Positions 39,380 through 51,687 of a DNA stretch of 64,000 nt are shown piece by piece; positions within the stretch are counted from its first letter, which is position 1, and each line of letters starts with the position of its first letter. Location: contig CM052832.1 of NCBI GenBank assembly GCA_028534125.1, forward strand, positions 5,892,001-5,956,000. The letters run 5' to 3'. Below the pieces are notes generated by a model. It saw nothing but the letters and a program-made list of their open reading frames with translations. It searched no databases and had not been told where the DNA came from. Source of the DNA: Lama glama. Lineage: Eukaryota. Made by a program: the position numbers and the translations under genes.

Positions 39380-39615
39380 CTTAACATTTTTTATTGAGTT
39401 ACAGTCATTTTACAATATTGTGTCAAATTCCAGTGTAGAGCACAATTTTTCAGTTACATGAACAAACATATATTAATTGTCACATTTTTTTCGCTGTGAG
39501 CTACCATAAGATCTTGCATATATTTCCCTGGGCTATACAGTATACTCTTGTTTGTCTATTCTACATTTTGAAATCCCAGTCTGTCCCTTCTCACCACCTG
39601 CCCCCTTGGCAACCT
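39380..39615 (-). mobile_element. LINE-1 3'UTR fragment, antisense
   Basis: TTTTTTATTGAGTTACAGTCATTTTACAATATTGTGTCAAATTCCAGTGTAGAGC...; near-matching TCAAC(G/T)TTTTAATT flanks. Confidence 0.82.
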
Positions 39616-41659
39616 CAACTTTTTAATTATATTAAAAAGGCAGCCAGTCTCCTTTTAAAGACTCACTGCTCTGTTTTTCATATAATTAAAATTTGCTCAT
39701 AAATTTTAAAACAGCCTTCCCTGTATCTTCTTGTCAGGGACAAGAGGTAGATTCTGATTTTTTTTTTTTTTGTCCTGTGAGACTTTCCTTCCTCCCTGTG
39801 CCACCCAAATTCAATCCTCTAGCACTTGTATTTCTTCTGTACACGTGGCCACGGTTCTGAGAAGAGATGCCACGAGGAAAAGAAAATGAATATTTTATTT
39901 GCACTTTCTGAGTCACTTGGTTTCACACAGGTAAGAGCCAGGGTTTAAATTAGGCAGCTGCTGGCTGGGCAAGTTATGCTGTTTCTAAAACGGAGCACAG
40001 AGCCCGGAGGTGTGACAGCAGCGAGAAAATGACTCAGCAGTGGCCCCGGCTGGACCTCCTCGGTGGCCCGCCAGGGGCTCGGCAGGCCTGGCACGGGGCT
40101 GCCCGGACCCAGTCAGAGACATCCTTGCCGTCTGGTGACCTTCCTCAGTTACTGAAAGATATCGATCCCGTTTCCACACGTCTCCCGTCTTCATCGGCTT
40201 GTCTCCCCGCGTCCCCACGGCCACCGCGGACCAGCCCGACCTGTGAAAGAGGCCGGGCGGACGCCTATTTATAATCTCTGTCTCCGAAGGGGAAGAGTTA
40301 GCCACCCCCGACTGAGGCAGCGTTTAATTTGCTCCTAAAATAGGACAGACCTTTCCAGACGACCCACTCGTCTGAGTCCCTGTATTTGGCGATGATTCAG
40401 CAGTATGACTGGTGACAAGAGATGACGGTGGCCCAGGGCCAGACCTAGATGCAAACAAACAAACAAACAGAAAGTCACAGAAGAGACAGAGGGTGCCATA
40501 GCGGCTTTGAAATCAATAAATTTCAATCCTTGATCTATCACTGTTTAGCGATTGGTAATTATCGGCTGAATATGGGAATATCAAATACGGATGACTCAGG
40601 TCATTCTATTTTTCAATCCAACCAGCAATGACTGAGAGGACCTATTTCTTCAAAGCCTCACCAGAAGCAGGGCTGTCAAACATCAGTGTTTTTGCCAATC
40701 TGCTAGTTGGGAAACGGTTTCCTAGAGTACTTTTAATTTGCATTTCCCTCATTAGGAGTGACAGCAGGCCTATTTTGCCTATGCTTAAGGCCTGGAAGGC
40801 TTTTTAATCTGTAAAAAATTTTTTGTATCTGTGTCCCATGTTTTCTCCTCAATTTTTAAAAAATTCTTCCCATGTAAGGGAAGTCAGCTTTAAACAGATC
40901 TCCCTTCTACCTGCTTCAGAAAAGAGCAGTTTTTACAATAAATCTTCTTTTTAATCGTCTTCTGATTGTCATGCTCCTTGTTGCGGTAGGGACTTCTGTT
41001 CGATTGATTCCGTTTTTGCTTCCCCTCCGGGTCTCCAGGAGACTCTATTCCCTAAACAGTTCTCGGTCTCCCCAGGACCAGTGCCTTCCCAAGACCGCCG
41101 CCCCGGCTCCTGCACGCCGTAGGGGCCTTTGCCTTGCCCGACGCCCCAGGGACAAGTTCTCAGCTTCCCAGGGCTTCAGGCTGGTCCCCTCCCTTTTGGG
41201 GTTAAGTCCTAGTTGACGTGACCTGTGCTCTTCCGCTGCTAGGAGCCCACTGCCCTCTCCTCCTCTGTTCTGTGCAAATCCTCCTGACTGTTCGTGCTAA
41301 TAACAGGCTCTGGGGACAGCTGTGACTTGAGTGACTGTCCCTTGCTGATAGGGAAACTGAAGTTTGCAGCACTGCCTCTAACTACAAACGTGAGCTGCGG
41401 CTGATTTCATTTGGTGTCCTTGTTGCTCTATGTGATTTAGAAGATCTGCAGGAAGACATTCATATTTACACCAGCACTTACAAGACCCTGGTATGTATTA
41501 AGCTCTGAATAAATGTTAGCCATAATTATTAATTGTATTCAGTAGAGGGTACATGGACATCTGAAGAAAAAGTATCAGAGAAATTAGATTGCCATGGGTA
41601 AAAATTAATAAAACTAGATACCTGCCTAACATCGCAGTGTCCAAAAAGGGATTATAGGT

Positions 41660-41855
41660 CAGGATTTCTCAGCCTTGGTACTTTTAACATTTGGGGCCAG
41701 ATTTGTCTTTGTTCTGCGGGCTGTCCAGTGCCTCAGCCCACAAGATGTGAGTACCAACACATTCCCGCAAGAAGGGACAGTAAATATTGTCTCTAAGTCA
41801 TTGCAAATGTCCCTCAGGAAGCAAAGTCACCTCCCAGGTGAGAACCATTCCTATA
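41660..41855. mobile_element. MER20-like hAT fossil
   Basis: TTTCTCAGCCTTGG...ACATTTGGGGCCAGAT...TTGCAAATGTCCC...TGAGAACCA. Confidence 0.7.
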
Positions 41856-42848
41856 GATGGAATAAATGCTGGAATGTAGGGGAACCTGGGGGTTGTGCGC
41901 TGGGGGTACAAAAGGGTTTCTTTAAGTGAAACTTCAAAAACCTAAAGCAAAACACTGATGAGTTTCACATCACTCTGGTTACTTTGTTGATAATTAGACT
42001 GAAAGGGGACAAGAACCAAATCCGAAGGACTGACTCGACAGCTCTTGGACTCACTGAGGTGCCCAACGTCACAGGGCAGGCAAATGGTAGAACCAGGCCT
42101 CCGGCCGGTGCCATAATATTTTATGCACACGCCCTTCACCTCACCTGCTATGTTCCTGGAGAGTTTCCCCCAAGGAATGTTGTCAGCTGGGGAAAGGCCT
42201 AAGAGAATTAAACTAGCTCTGGTGCTGCCGAGTTTCCTTAAAATAGGTGATGAGATTAAGTTCAGCCTCTGGACTTGGAGGTGTTTTGAAGTTATAGATA
42301 ATAGTAATGATTATGATCGTAAGGTCTGGGCAGGCTGTGCCTGCATCTTTAGTCCGGCGGGAAGTGACCCATGGCTGACCGGAGAGTTGGACTCCTTCAG
42401 TGACCAGCAGCAAATCAGGTGAGAGGATGAAAGGGTTAAAGCTGTGCATTTGTAGTGGAGTCTTACAGAAATGGCAAGAAGGAGGCAGCTCTTGGGGCCA
42501 TCTGAGCAGGCAAGAGGGAGATGCAGGACCTGTTCAAATGCCACAGCATCCAGCCTGGAGTGAGGTCTGAATGCAGTGAAAGTTCCCCAAGCCACCTGCA
42601 CCACCATCACTGGGTAACCCTTCCCAGGCAGATCTCACTGTCATGGGTCCTTGTAATAAAACGCTTAATGTTTATAAGTTGAGCTGCTTTTTCCACTTTT
42701 TCCATTATTTGTTAATCCATATGAATCACTTCAACCTTTGATTATTTGATCACAAACGATTAGCTCAGTGCCATGCCTGGAAGATCGCACTTCAAGTCTT
42801 TTTAGGGAATGAGTATCCGTTGATGTCAAGCCATGCACTGCAAGACTT

Positions 42849-42867
42849 CAGCCACCAGGTGGCGCAC
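42849..42867 (+). promoter_or_regulatory. Candidate CTCF binding site
   Basis: CAGCCACCAGGTGGCGCAC matches the CTCF core consensus CCASYAGRKGGCRS at every position. Confidence 0.65.
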
Positions 42868-42974
42868 AAATGCTTAATTTATTAAAATCAATAGTTCGCA
42901 CTGTTGGTTTGCCAAGTCTTCAAGTAATTTGCTTGTGAATTATTTATGACTGTTGTAGTTACAGCGATTCTACT

Positions 42975-43459
42975 AATAGTTTCCTACCACTGCTGTAACA
43001 AATGACTACAAATGTATTGGCTTTAAACAATACAATGGATTATCTTACAGTTCTGCAGGACAGAAGTCCAAAATGGGTCTCACTGCATTAAAATCACGGT
43101 ATCCGCAGGGCTGCCTTATTTCTGGAGACTCTAAGGCAGAATCTGTCTCCTTGTCTTTCCGGCTTTTAGAGGTTGCATGTACTTCTTGGCCTGTAGCCCC
43201 TCCCACTATCTTCAAAGCCAAAAGGGTAACATCTTCATATCTGATTCTGACCTCCCCCTTCCACTTAATTATAGAAACAACTGCGGTTAAATTGGCCCAC
43301 GGGGATAATCCAGAATAACCTTTCCATCTCATCTCATCTGATTAGCAAATTTACTTCTATCTGCAACCTTAATTCCCCCTTGCCAGGTAATCCAACATAA
43401 TCTCAGGTTTCAGGGAACAGGGCAGGTGTATCTTTGGGGCCACTATTCTGCCTACCACA
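42975..43459 (-). mobile_element. MaLR solo LTR (MLT1-like)
   Basis: GCTGTAACAAATGACTACAAA...CTTACAGTTCTG...AGAAGTCCAAAATGGGTCTCAC...ACTATTCTGCCTACCACA. Confidence 0.85.
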
Positions 43460-43568
43460 GCTACCGTATGTTCTGGAACTTCTAACATGTCTTGATTGTT
43501 AATATTTTGCCCTATTATGTCCGAGTCAGAAATCAGTCTCATCATTTTTTTCTGGAGTATTAGCATAA

Positions 43569-43610
43569 ATGGATGGATGGATGAAAGGATGGATGGTTGG
43601 ATGGATGGAT
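43569..43610 (+). repeat. (GGAT)n microsatellite, imperfect
   Basis: Directly visible. Confidence 0.85.
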
Positions 43611-44593
43611 ATTTAGACAAATGTGGGGCATTCATGTTTTCTACACATACAAGCCCCTTTTAACTTGATGACCTTTTCCTTCATCCCACGTGGGTTTATA
43701 GATACAAAATGAATATCAGGTTTGAGCTAAACTTACTACCATGGAATCAATCATCAAATTCCAAGCTTTTTAGTTTTGAAAAATTTAGTCTATGGATAAA
43801 ATGGAAAGATTTAATGTTTAAAATCTTGCATTTGAAATTGTATTTGAAGAATTTCTTTCCAATTTCAAAATGCATTTTTCCATCCACAGAACAGATTAGG
43901 GTTCTCCCAGCCATGGGAGAGGGAGGAGATGACCGATCAGGACGGTCATCTGTGATTGCTGAAGGGGTCTGAGATGGTCCAGGCCCTGAGGTTAGGCCCT
44001 AGGTTGGCTGAGAGTTAGGGAGAAAGCAGATGATATGTCTGAAAGTTCAAGTATAGAGAAAATTTGCCTGCAATTTTGGGAAGTGCAAGGCTTCCACTCT
44101 CCATGCTCTACACCCTGGCAGAGAGTGTGGAGTGGAAATGGCTCTGAGACTGTTGGAAGACGGGGTCAAGGCCACCTCGCCATGTTTCCCATGACGTCAG
44201 AGGGTCATGGGATAACAGCTCAATCCCTCCACCCACTGGAGAGAAAAGGGCATGGAAGTTAGAGGAAGAGAAGAGGAGAAAGGAAGTGGGACAAGCCATA
44301 TGGCCAAGGACCAGACACACTCACAGAAATCTCGGCAGATGCCAGCACAGAGGGGTGACTGTGCCCGAGGACCAGACGGTTCACAGTAGATGCCAATACA
44401 TGACAGAGCATATGCTGAGGTATTTTTTCCATTGATGTGTGAAGCTTATGGAAGTTTCTAGAACATAAATGCAATCTCAGGGAGATAAGAGAGATGAGGT
44501 GACTGAACTGATTAAAACTGACCTAGCAGGAAGGTTACCTTTAAGAGACCTGAGATAGACAGATTGATAGATATAAAATATGTGTAGTTATTA

Positions 44594-45093
44594 NNNNNNN
44601 NNNNNNNNNNNNNNNNNNNNNNNNNNNNNNNNNNNNNNNNNNNNNNNNNNNNNNNNNNNNNNNNNNNNNNNNNNNNNNNNNNNNNNNNNNNNNNNNNNNN
44701 NNNNNNNNNNNNNNNNNNNNNNNNNNNNNNNNNNNNNNNNNNNNNNNNNNNNNNNNNNNNNNNNNNNNNNNNNNNNNNNNNNNNNNNNNNNNNNNNNNNN
44801 NNNNNNNNNNNNNNNNNNNNNNNNNNNNNNNNNNNNNNNNNNNNNNNNNNNNNNNNNNNNNNNNNNNNNNNNNNNNNNNNNNNNNNNNNNNNNNNNNNNN
44901 NNNNNNNNNNNNNNNNNNNNNNNNNNNNNNNNNNNNNNNNNNNNNNNNNNNNNNNNNNNNNNNNNNNNNNNNNNNNNNNNNNNNNNNNNNNNNNNNNNNN
45001 NNNNNNNNNNNNNNNNNNNNNNNNNNNNNNNNNNNNNNNNNNNNNNNNNNNNNNNNNNNNNNNNNNNNNNNNNNNNNNNNNNNNNNNNNNNNN
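44594..45093. other. Assembly gap (500 N)
   Basis: Run of N; the right flank (45094-45440) looks like old L1 ORF2 sequence. Confidence 0.99.
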
Positions 45094-46669
45094 AGGTTGC
45101 TGGATGTAGGAAAAATATACGAAGATCATTTTTTGAAATATCTACATAATAGCAAAAAACAATCAGAAAAATTTTCAATGATATCAAAAATATCAAAAAA
45201 CACAAAACACCTAAGAATAAATCTAATGAAAAAAGTGCAAGATACCTACACAGAAAATTCCAAAACACGTAGAGAAATTAAAGAAGACCCATGGGCCAAA
45301 AAACTATCATGGGAGGACAAACTATATTAATGAATTCGGAGACATAATCTTGCAAAGTGATGAATTCCCTGTAGAGTCAATGTAATTCTAACCAAAATGC
45401 AACAGGCTGGTTTGTATAAATTGACAAATTATACTTAGACTCTCATAGCACAAGGGGAGGATTAATACAGAAAAGTCAGGCTGACCGGGGTTCTAAACCT
45501 CACTCTGCCCCTTCCTGTCTGTGTGACCAGGCTACATTATCTCCATCTGTAAAATGGAGATAATAACATCTCCCTCTACAGTTCTTGTGAAGATAAAATG
45601 AGCTAATTTAGTAATATCCTAAGACCAGACTTGCTCTTGTTTAAGATCAAGTGGCCTCGGCTGGGGAAAGACACCAGAGTCCAAGTAGATCCATTACGTA
45701 CTGGAGACTCCTGCTGTACACACCGGTGACAACAAAATAATAAATAAAATATTGGGGGGGGTTGTTTAAAAATACCCTAATGAGGGAGCTTGTTATATTT
45801 AAGGACTTCCCTCCGGAGGCCCTTCTGGTGGCCGGGCTGGAGAGCAGTGAGAGGATGCAGGATGGTAAGGCTGGAGTTGGACGGAAGGAGCTGCTCTTCC
45901 TTGATGTATTCTAAGGCCCCAGCAGAAGAGGCTCATTGGGAAGCGAAGCTGAACGGGCCCCACAGGGAGTGAGTAGCTCCCTGATCCCCAGAGTCCAGAA
46001 GGGCTGGGAGCCTGGAGACTGACATGGGACCCGAGCAAGCACTGTCTAAGGAGCTTTGGTGCCCCTCAGTGGGCAGCAGGCAAAATACACAAAGGCGGTG
46101 ACGGCAGTGACAGTCGATTCCAAGTAACTGACCCACGGAGCAGGGCTCCCACCAGGACATGGGACAATCTCCAAGGGGGACTTGGGGTTCTGGCTCTGCA
46201 AGGTGGACCTAAGCACAGGGCACTGGTCTCACTACTAACCCACGGAGCCGTGTGAATGGGGTTGGGATATGAGCTCCATTCTCTGGTTGCCTCTTTAAGT
46301 GATGCCACTTCTTGACTCTTTGGAAACCAATTCCCCACTCCCTCGGCAGATTGTTACCTCTTGAGTTGGGCTGGGAAACCAAACACCAAGTAAAAGCCAC
46401 CCCTTTGGTAGAAATGCAAACTTTTAGCTGCACCTCTTAAAGGAATGAGTGGCGTGTGGGAAGGTGGGAAATGATAAAATACCACCTGAGCACAAAATGC
46501 AGGTGCAGATGGGTTTCTCAGTGGAGGACCACCACTGAGTCAGTGAGCTGTGTCCGAAGATGAGAATCCCCAAGAAGGCAAACCTCCTGGGAGAAACTTT
46601 ATCTTCAAGCTGAGTTGCTCAGGGCTGAGGTATTTTTGCCTAAGGTTTTCTCCTGGACGCTGGAGTCAG

Positions 46670-47429
46670 GAAAGGAAGTATTTTCACTTTTATTTCTAAA
46701 ATAACAATCAGCATCTTTTTTACATATAGAATGGTTTAAACAGTCTCCTACACACACACACACGCACACACACATGCATACACAAACAATAATACCTACA
46801 AGATATTTTTTCTGTTTCACAAGTGAGGAACGTAAGGTCCCAGGAGCTAAATTATTTTATGCCAGGTCTAAAATAGAGTGAAAAAGCAAACACATGGAAA
46901 AGTCCTAGTGTTTTCCTTCTGTTCCCTACCCTTAGGAAACCTACCATGACTTAACCATCTCCAAAGTAGCTTCAGCATGTCCCCTGCCACCCTTCCTCCT
47001 GTTCCTACCCCCAACCTATCCCTGAACCTGGATCCAGCCCCGGTCCCCCAAAGCGCCCAAGATCCACGCAGAGAGATGAGTGGCTGAGTCCATGGAATCA
47101 CAGAGCCGGCCTTGGGGGTAAAATGAACCAACGCCCACAAGGATCCAACATTCGCTGGCTTGTGGAGGACGTCAGGTGACTTGCGGGTTGGGCCTTAATG
47201 TTGCCAACGTTGACCAAGGCTCTTGCAGATCATGGGTAGATCAAACAGACAGCAGATCCACCTCTTGAAAGCCCAGTCGCCAGATGTTCTCCTCAGTCTT
47301 TCCTCAGCAAACTTTCCCACACTGAAGGCTTTGGAGTTGCTCCTCCATATTCCGGCCTGCCTTCCGGCCTCCTTCTCCAGGAGAACAGCTCTCAGTCCAG
47401 GACACAGGGCGTCCGTGAGGGATGGGCAG
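46670..47429 (-). other. ADGRF4: Probable ADGRF4 non-coding terminal (3'UTR) exon; 3' end approximate
   Basis: CCTTTTTGCCCAAG| acceptor above 47429 and AATAAA (minus strand) at 46689-46694; resembles my recollection of the human ADGRF4 3'UTR; a downstream exon is implied by the donor at 50088. Confidence 0.6.
46689..46694 (-). terminator. Candidate polyadenylation signal for ADGRF4
   Basis: AATAAA on the minus strand at the end of the proposed terminal exon. Confidence 0.5.
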
Positions 47430-50097
47430 CTTGGGCAAAAAGGTCGAAGCATGGTGAACAGTAAGAACAACAGCTGGCAGGTCCTGGCAACTTAATTTCA
47501 ACCAGGCCCTAGTCTATGAGTTTTTAATGCGTTGGCTCATTGAATCCTGGACTCTTACTAGCCCCATTATACAGATGAGGAAATGGAGGAACAGAGGCAT
47601 TGAGTACTTTCTTTAAGGTCACACAGTAGGAAGGCTACTCTCCCAGTTTTATTTTTCTGTGCCATTTGCCTTCTCCGTGCTGCTCCCTGAAGTCTAAACT
47701 CCCTGCCCGGGGGGCCCCCTCTCCCTCCTCCATCTAAGCTTGGTCTCTGGAATGACGCACAGGCTCTGAATTTGCCTCTTTACAAGGAAAACGGTGTTTC
47801 TTCTCTCGGGGTATTTGTTCTATGTGGAATGAAGAATTCTTTTAAGTGAATTTTAGGCATAAACAAAAATATGGAAGAGATTTCTGAGAACAGAGGAGCT
47901 GTCCTGGAGAGGCTGATTTCACACGGGGTACATCAGGCGCCGTGGGGTCATATTAAAGGCCTGCCCTTCGTATGAACAGCAGAGGGCGCTGTGCAGCTGT
48001 GGCCTCATACTAAGAATGCACTTCCCCTCCCTCCCCTGCTTCCCAGGATGGCATCTCCCAATTAGGAGAAAACTGCCCCGTTTCCACACCTCTCCTCTCC
48101 TTCCAGAGGTCCCGGGCACACCTGTCCCGACCTTGTTTCTAAGGAGAGTCCAAGTCTGAGGTCACTGAGATATGTGGAGTTTCCACTGGGATATGTGGGG
48201 CCCCAATACTGGACAAGTCCAATTCTGACCTCCCGCCCCCTTTCTGCCCCTTGGAAATCAGCCTGCCTCCCCAGACCCCCTCAGTCTAAGATTTTATGTT
48301 CTGGTTTAAGGTCTGAAATACCGCCTTTGCCCTTGGTTTTGCCCTGCCCTGGGCCCCCACCTGGCCTTGGGCTTCCAGACACCCGCGTCCCTGAGCTCTA
48401 ATTCTGCTCTGAACCCCATGGCGGGAGCCCTGCTTCTTGCTCCTTCCTGGTGCTCCCAGCTCTCCATTCTGGACGCGGAAGGATCACTCATCATGAACTT
48501 CATGTCCCTGCCCGCTAATGCTCCCAACACGGTCCCACGGTGCCGCCCTCTGTGCTGAGCCCTTCTGATTCCTCCTGGGTCCAGATGTAGAAAGAGGAAA
48601 ACCCCCAATTACCGAGAAAATTCCAGCCCATGGAGGACGTGCTGAAAAAATGCAATCTCAGCCCATCCCTGACCTCACAGGTTTGAAAATAGAAGTTGAA
48701 AGTTGAAGAATTTCAACTTTCTGTGGGGAGGATTTCTTTGGGGAGGGTCAATGGTGTGCTTCCACCTCCTTCATCCACTGCCTCCTCAGCCTGCTCAAAC
48801 TTTGGGTACTTCACCAATTCTAGTAAGCAGTGTAGTCTCTGATCTTGGCCTCTACAGGTTTTCTCCAACTGTTAGTACAGATAACCAGCTATGCCCAGCT
48901 GGAGAAGAGACTTGCCATGCCTCTCGTCTCTAGAATGGTTAGAGATGCTTTCCCTTCCCCACCTGGCACAGTCTAATCAGCTTCCCCAAACAGGTCAACT
49001 TAGGACCTGAATGGAAAGATCAGCTTTACTAGGTCATCTGAACTACCTCTTGGTTAGTGACTGATCAATAAATGCTATAGTGGTGTCCCACCGAGGAGGA
49101 ACCGCATGGACTAGGAATGGGCAGAGACTGGGGGAGGTAACTCCTTACAGTTCTCCTATATCCTCTCCTTCAAGGTTCTAATACAAAAACCCAAAGGTGA
49201 AGGTGATTATTAAGGATAATACACCAGTGTTTTCCTTTCTGTTTTCACAGCACCCTCTACATGCCAGTCAACGTACATGACGCAGCGCCCTCCCACGCAG
49301 GTCCCTCTCCCTGGGACCATGTGTCAATGTCTCACAGCAGCATGACGTCAGGTTTCTATGATCTGTAGCACAGGAGGTCCCTTAAAGGTTCTTCCAACTC
49401 AGAGTGTCTTTGATTCCATGAGATTGTTTCAACACTTTGCTTGGCACCATTGCTCAACATCTAGGCGTGACTCAGAAAGGAAAGGAATGTAAAAAAGGAT
49501 GTGCCTACTGCCAGGTGGTGTTGAAAAAAAAAATCTGGGACTCATCTACATCCATGCAGAAAGGCACAAAAACCTGTCCAAGACAAGCCCGCACAGGACT
49601 GATTACTCCTGCCCACATTCCCCTGTGACCTCTCAGGCTTCTGGTTGCCGTTTTGTGATTTATTCTCCCTGTCACGGCTGCCCAGTATGTGTTTTCCCCT
49701 GATTTCACCTCTGTAGAAATATGACTCAGATGTTGGCGCGAGTAGATAGCCAATTTACCACAACCCCACCCACACCCCCTTACGAATGATTCCAGGGCCC
49801 AACTTCATTAGGAAGAGAGAGGCTTGTTGCTCTGTGATTCCAACCCATTAAGTCTTCCTTCCCAACAATGGGGCCATTATAAGTGTCACCACCCACTGGC
49901 AAGACGGAATTAAGGTGTGTGAGTGCTGTAAATGGCAGGACCTATCCTGTATCAGAGCAGGTGTGATATGACTGAGGACAGAAAAAAGGAGAAAAGAATT
50001 CTTAAGATTTGGTCGAATAAGCTGAGATGACATGAGGAGTTTGTCGCAACTTGCAAGTGAAGCATCTCCTTGAGTTTTTAATACTCACCTCTTACTC

Positions 50098-50145
50098 TCA
50101 CCGATGCATTAGTTTAGATCCATTGGTTGGTCTTAACGATGCATT
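50098..50145 (-). CDS. ADGRF4: ADGRF4 last coding exon (whole exon 50089-50145)
   Basis: TTCCCCCATTTAG| acceptor; encodes NASLRPTNGSKLMHR then TGA; GAG|GTGAGT donor 9 nt after the stop. Confidence 0.92.
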   Translation of the reverse strand, partial: NASLRPTNGSKLMHR

Positions 50146-50299
50146 CTAAATGGGGGAAAAAATAACAGATGTCAATGAGTAATGGCATTGACAAAAATGC
50201 ACATGTATTTATCTTCATGTTTATGCCTGACTAACGGTAAACATGCAAAAATGAAAACATGAAGTACCCAAACTGACACAGCTACGCAGAATTAAGTGA

Positions 50300-50480
50300 T
50301 CATATTTCACTGAATCTAACATTGTAAGCAGCATCATTAGTTTTATGTCCACTAAGAAAGAAAAAGAAAAAACTTGCCAGTTAAACCCTGACATGCCACT
50401 GATGGTACAATACATTCCCATTTCAGAAATATTCAAAGGTGAAAAAAATGCCTATCTTAGAATTGATGGACTGTGGTACA
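50300..50480. mobile_element. MER104-like TcMar fossil (also in duplicate copy B, about 62557-62735)
   Basis: TATTTCACTGAATCTAA ... TCTTAGAATTGATGGACTGTGGTA imperfect inverted ends; CCACTAAGAAAGAAAA core. Confidence 0.55.
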
Positions 50481-51161
50481 AAAAGTCACACTCTGTATTA
50501 GCTGACCATAAATTCCAAATCTTAATGTGTCCAGACAGTTTATTTGTTTGTTTTTTTAAAAAGTGGCTCTTACAGAGAAACTGTTGATTGAGTGAATGAC
50601 TTCTTTCTAATTAATGTAACAGTGATGGCAAATTCTGTCGGTACTTGGAAAGACAGATAGCTGGATCAAAATTCAGCTTCAAGATCTATAAATATGCAGA
50701 CACTTCAACTCAAGGGGGTGTGGTTCACTGAAAAAGTCCAAAGAAGGAGAATACTCATTCTAAAGCTGGGTGGCTTGGGGCAAGGCTCCCAAGTACACTG
50801 GACCTTAAGTTTCTCCACCTGTGGAAAGACGAGGTTGGACTAGAATCTCGTTTCTAGCTCATGTCTCATTTCCCAGCTCTACCATTTTATGAATAGCATT
50901 TTATGGTTCTCAACGGACCAAACATCAAGTTGAAATACAACCAACATGGAAAAATACCTTGAAGGGTATATTCCATTGACCTTCAACTTTAGCAGGATGT
51001 TCGGAATGTGACGAATGAAGAAATGAGTGAATGAACGGAGGTATGCCCTGATGACTCTGTTTGCTAACAAATCCTGAAGAGTAGACGACAACATTTGTCT
51101 CTGCTTGACTCTGCCGAGGACACCGACCCTCCAGTATTGAGACTGAGAAGGAGAGACTTAC

Positions 51162-51221
51162 CTCTGCTACCCTTGACGGCCCCTTCAGTGAAGACATCCT
51201 CATTCTCAAAGCATCTCTTAT
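51162..51221 (-). CDS. ADGRF4: ADGRF4 coding exon 7 (60 nt)
   Basis: CTTCAG| acceptor and GAG|GTAAGT donor; encodes IRDALRMRMSSLKGPSRVAE. Confidence 0.95.
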
Positions 51222-51645
51222 CTGAAGAAGCAAGGACAGTGAGGAAACACAGGTCCTCCCCAAAGCCCAGAGCTGTGTCCTGACACTCTGAGACCAGGAA
51301 CCCTAGCAGAAGCAGCAGCAGGGGGCTTAGCACCGTGCTTGGCAAATGATAAGACGTGGATAAAAGGTGAGGTGTCGTTACGACTAGATTTAGGATTAAG
51401 ATGAAAATTCCGGTCACGATTTTTCTTCTTTTCACCAGCTCTGCTCACACACAGCCTCCAGGTGACTTGACAAAGAGCAGGAGATGGGAGGGTATAGTTC
51501 TTTCCTCTCCTCCTTGCAGCTGATGCCTTGAATTAACACACAAACCACCCCAAAAACTCAACGACCCTCTGATCAAGGCTGCTTCATCCTCCCGCTCCCC
51601 TGAAGCATGTGGAAACCATTTACGAGTGAAGCAAACTCAGATTAC

Positions 51646-51687
51646 CTTGTGATCCATAATAGTTCCGAACAGCAGGATGAAGAACCC
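51646..51687 (-). CDS. ADGRF4: ADGRF4 coding exon 6 (42 nt)
   Basis: GCTACAG| acceptor and AAG|GTAATC donor; encodes GFFILLFGTIMDHK (end of TM7). Confidence 0.95.

Larger units (their letters stand above)
50061..50970 (+). repeat. Local duplication, copy A (ADGRF4 last coding exon plus upstream intron)
   Basis: Aligns by eye with 62315-63235 in the same orientation at about 90% identity. Confidence 0.95.

Noticed and set aside
43927..43951. Short perfect hairpins (AGATGACCG-N7-CGGTCATCT; similar near 29952 and 35069)
   Set aside because: Stems of about 9 bp occur by chance in 64 kb and are too short for miRNA precursors.
44512..45268. ORFs of 189-225 aa spanning the N run
   Set aside because: Artefacts of translating an assembly gap.
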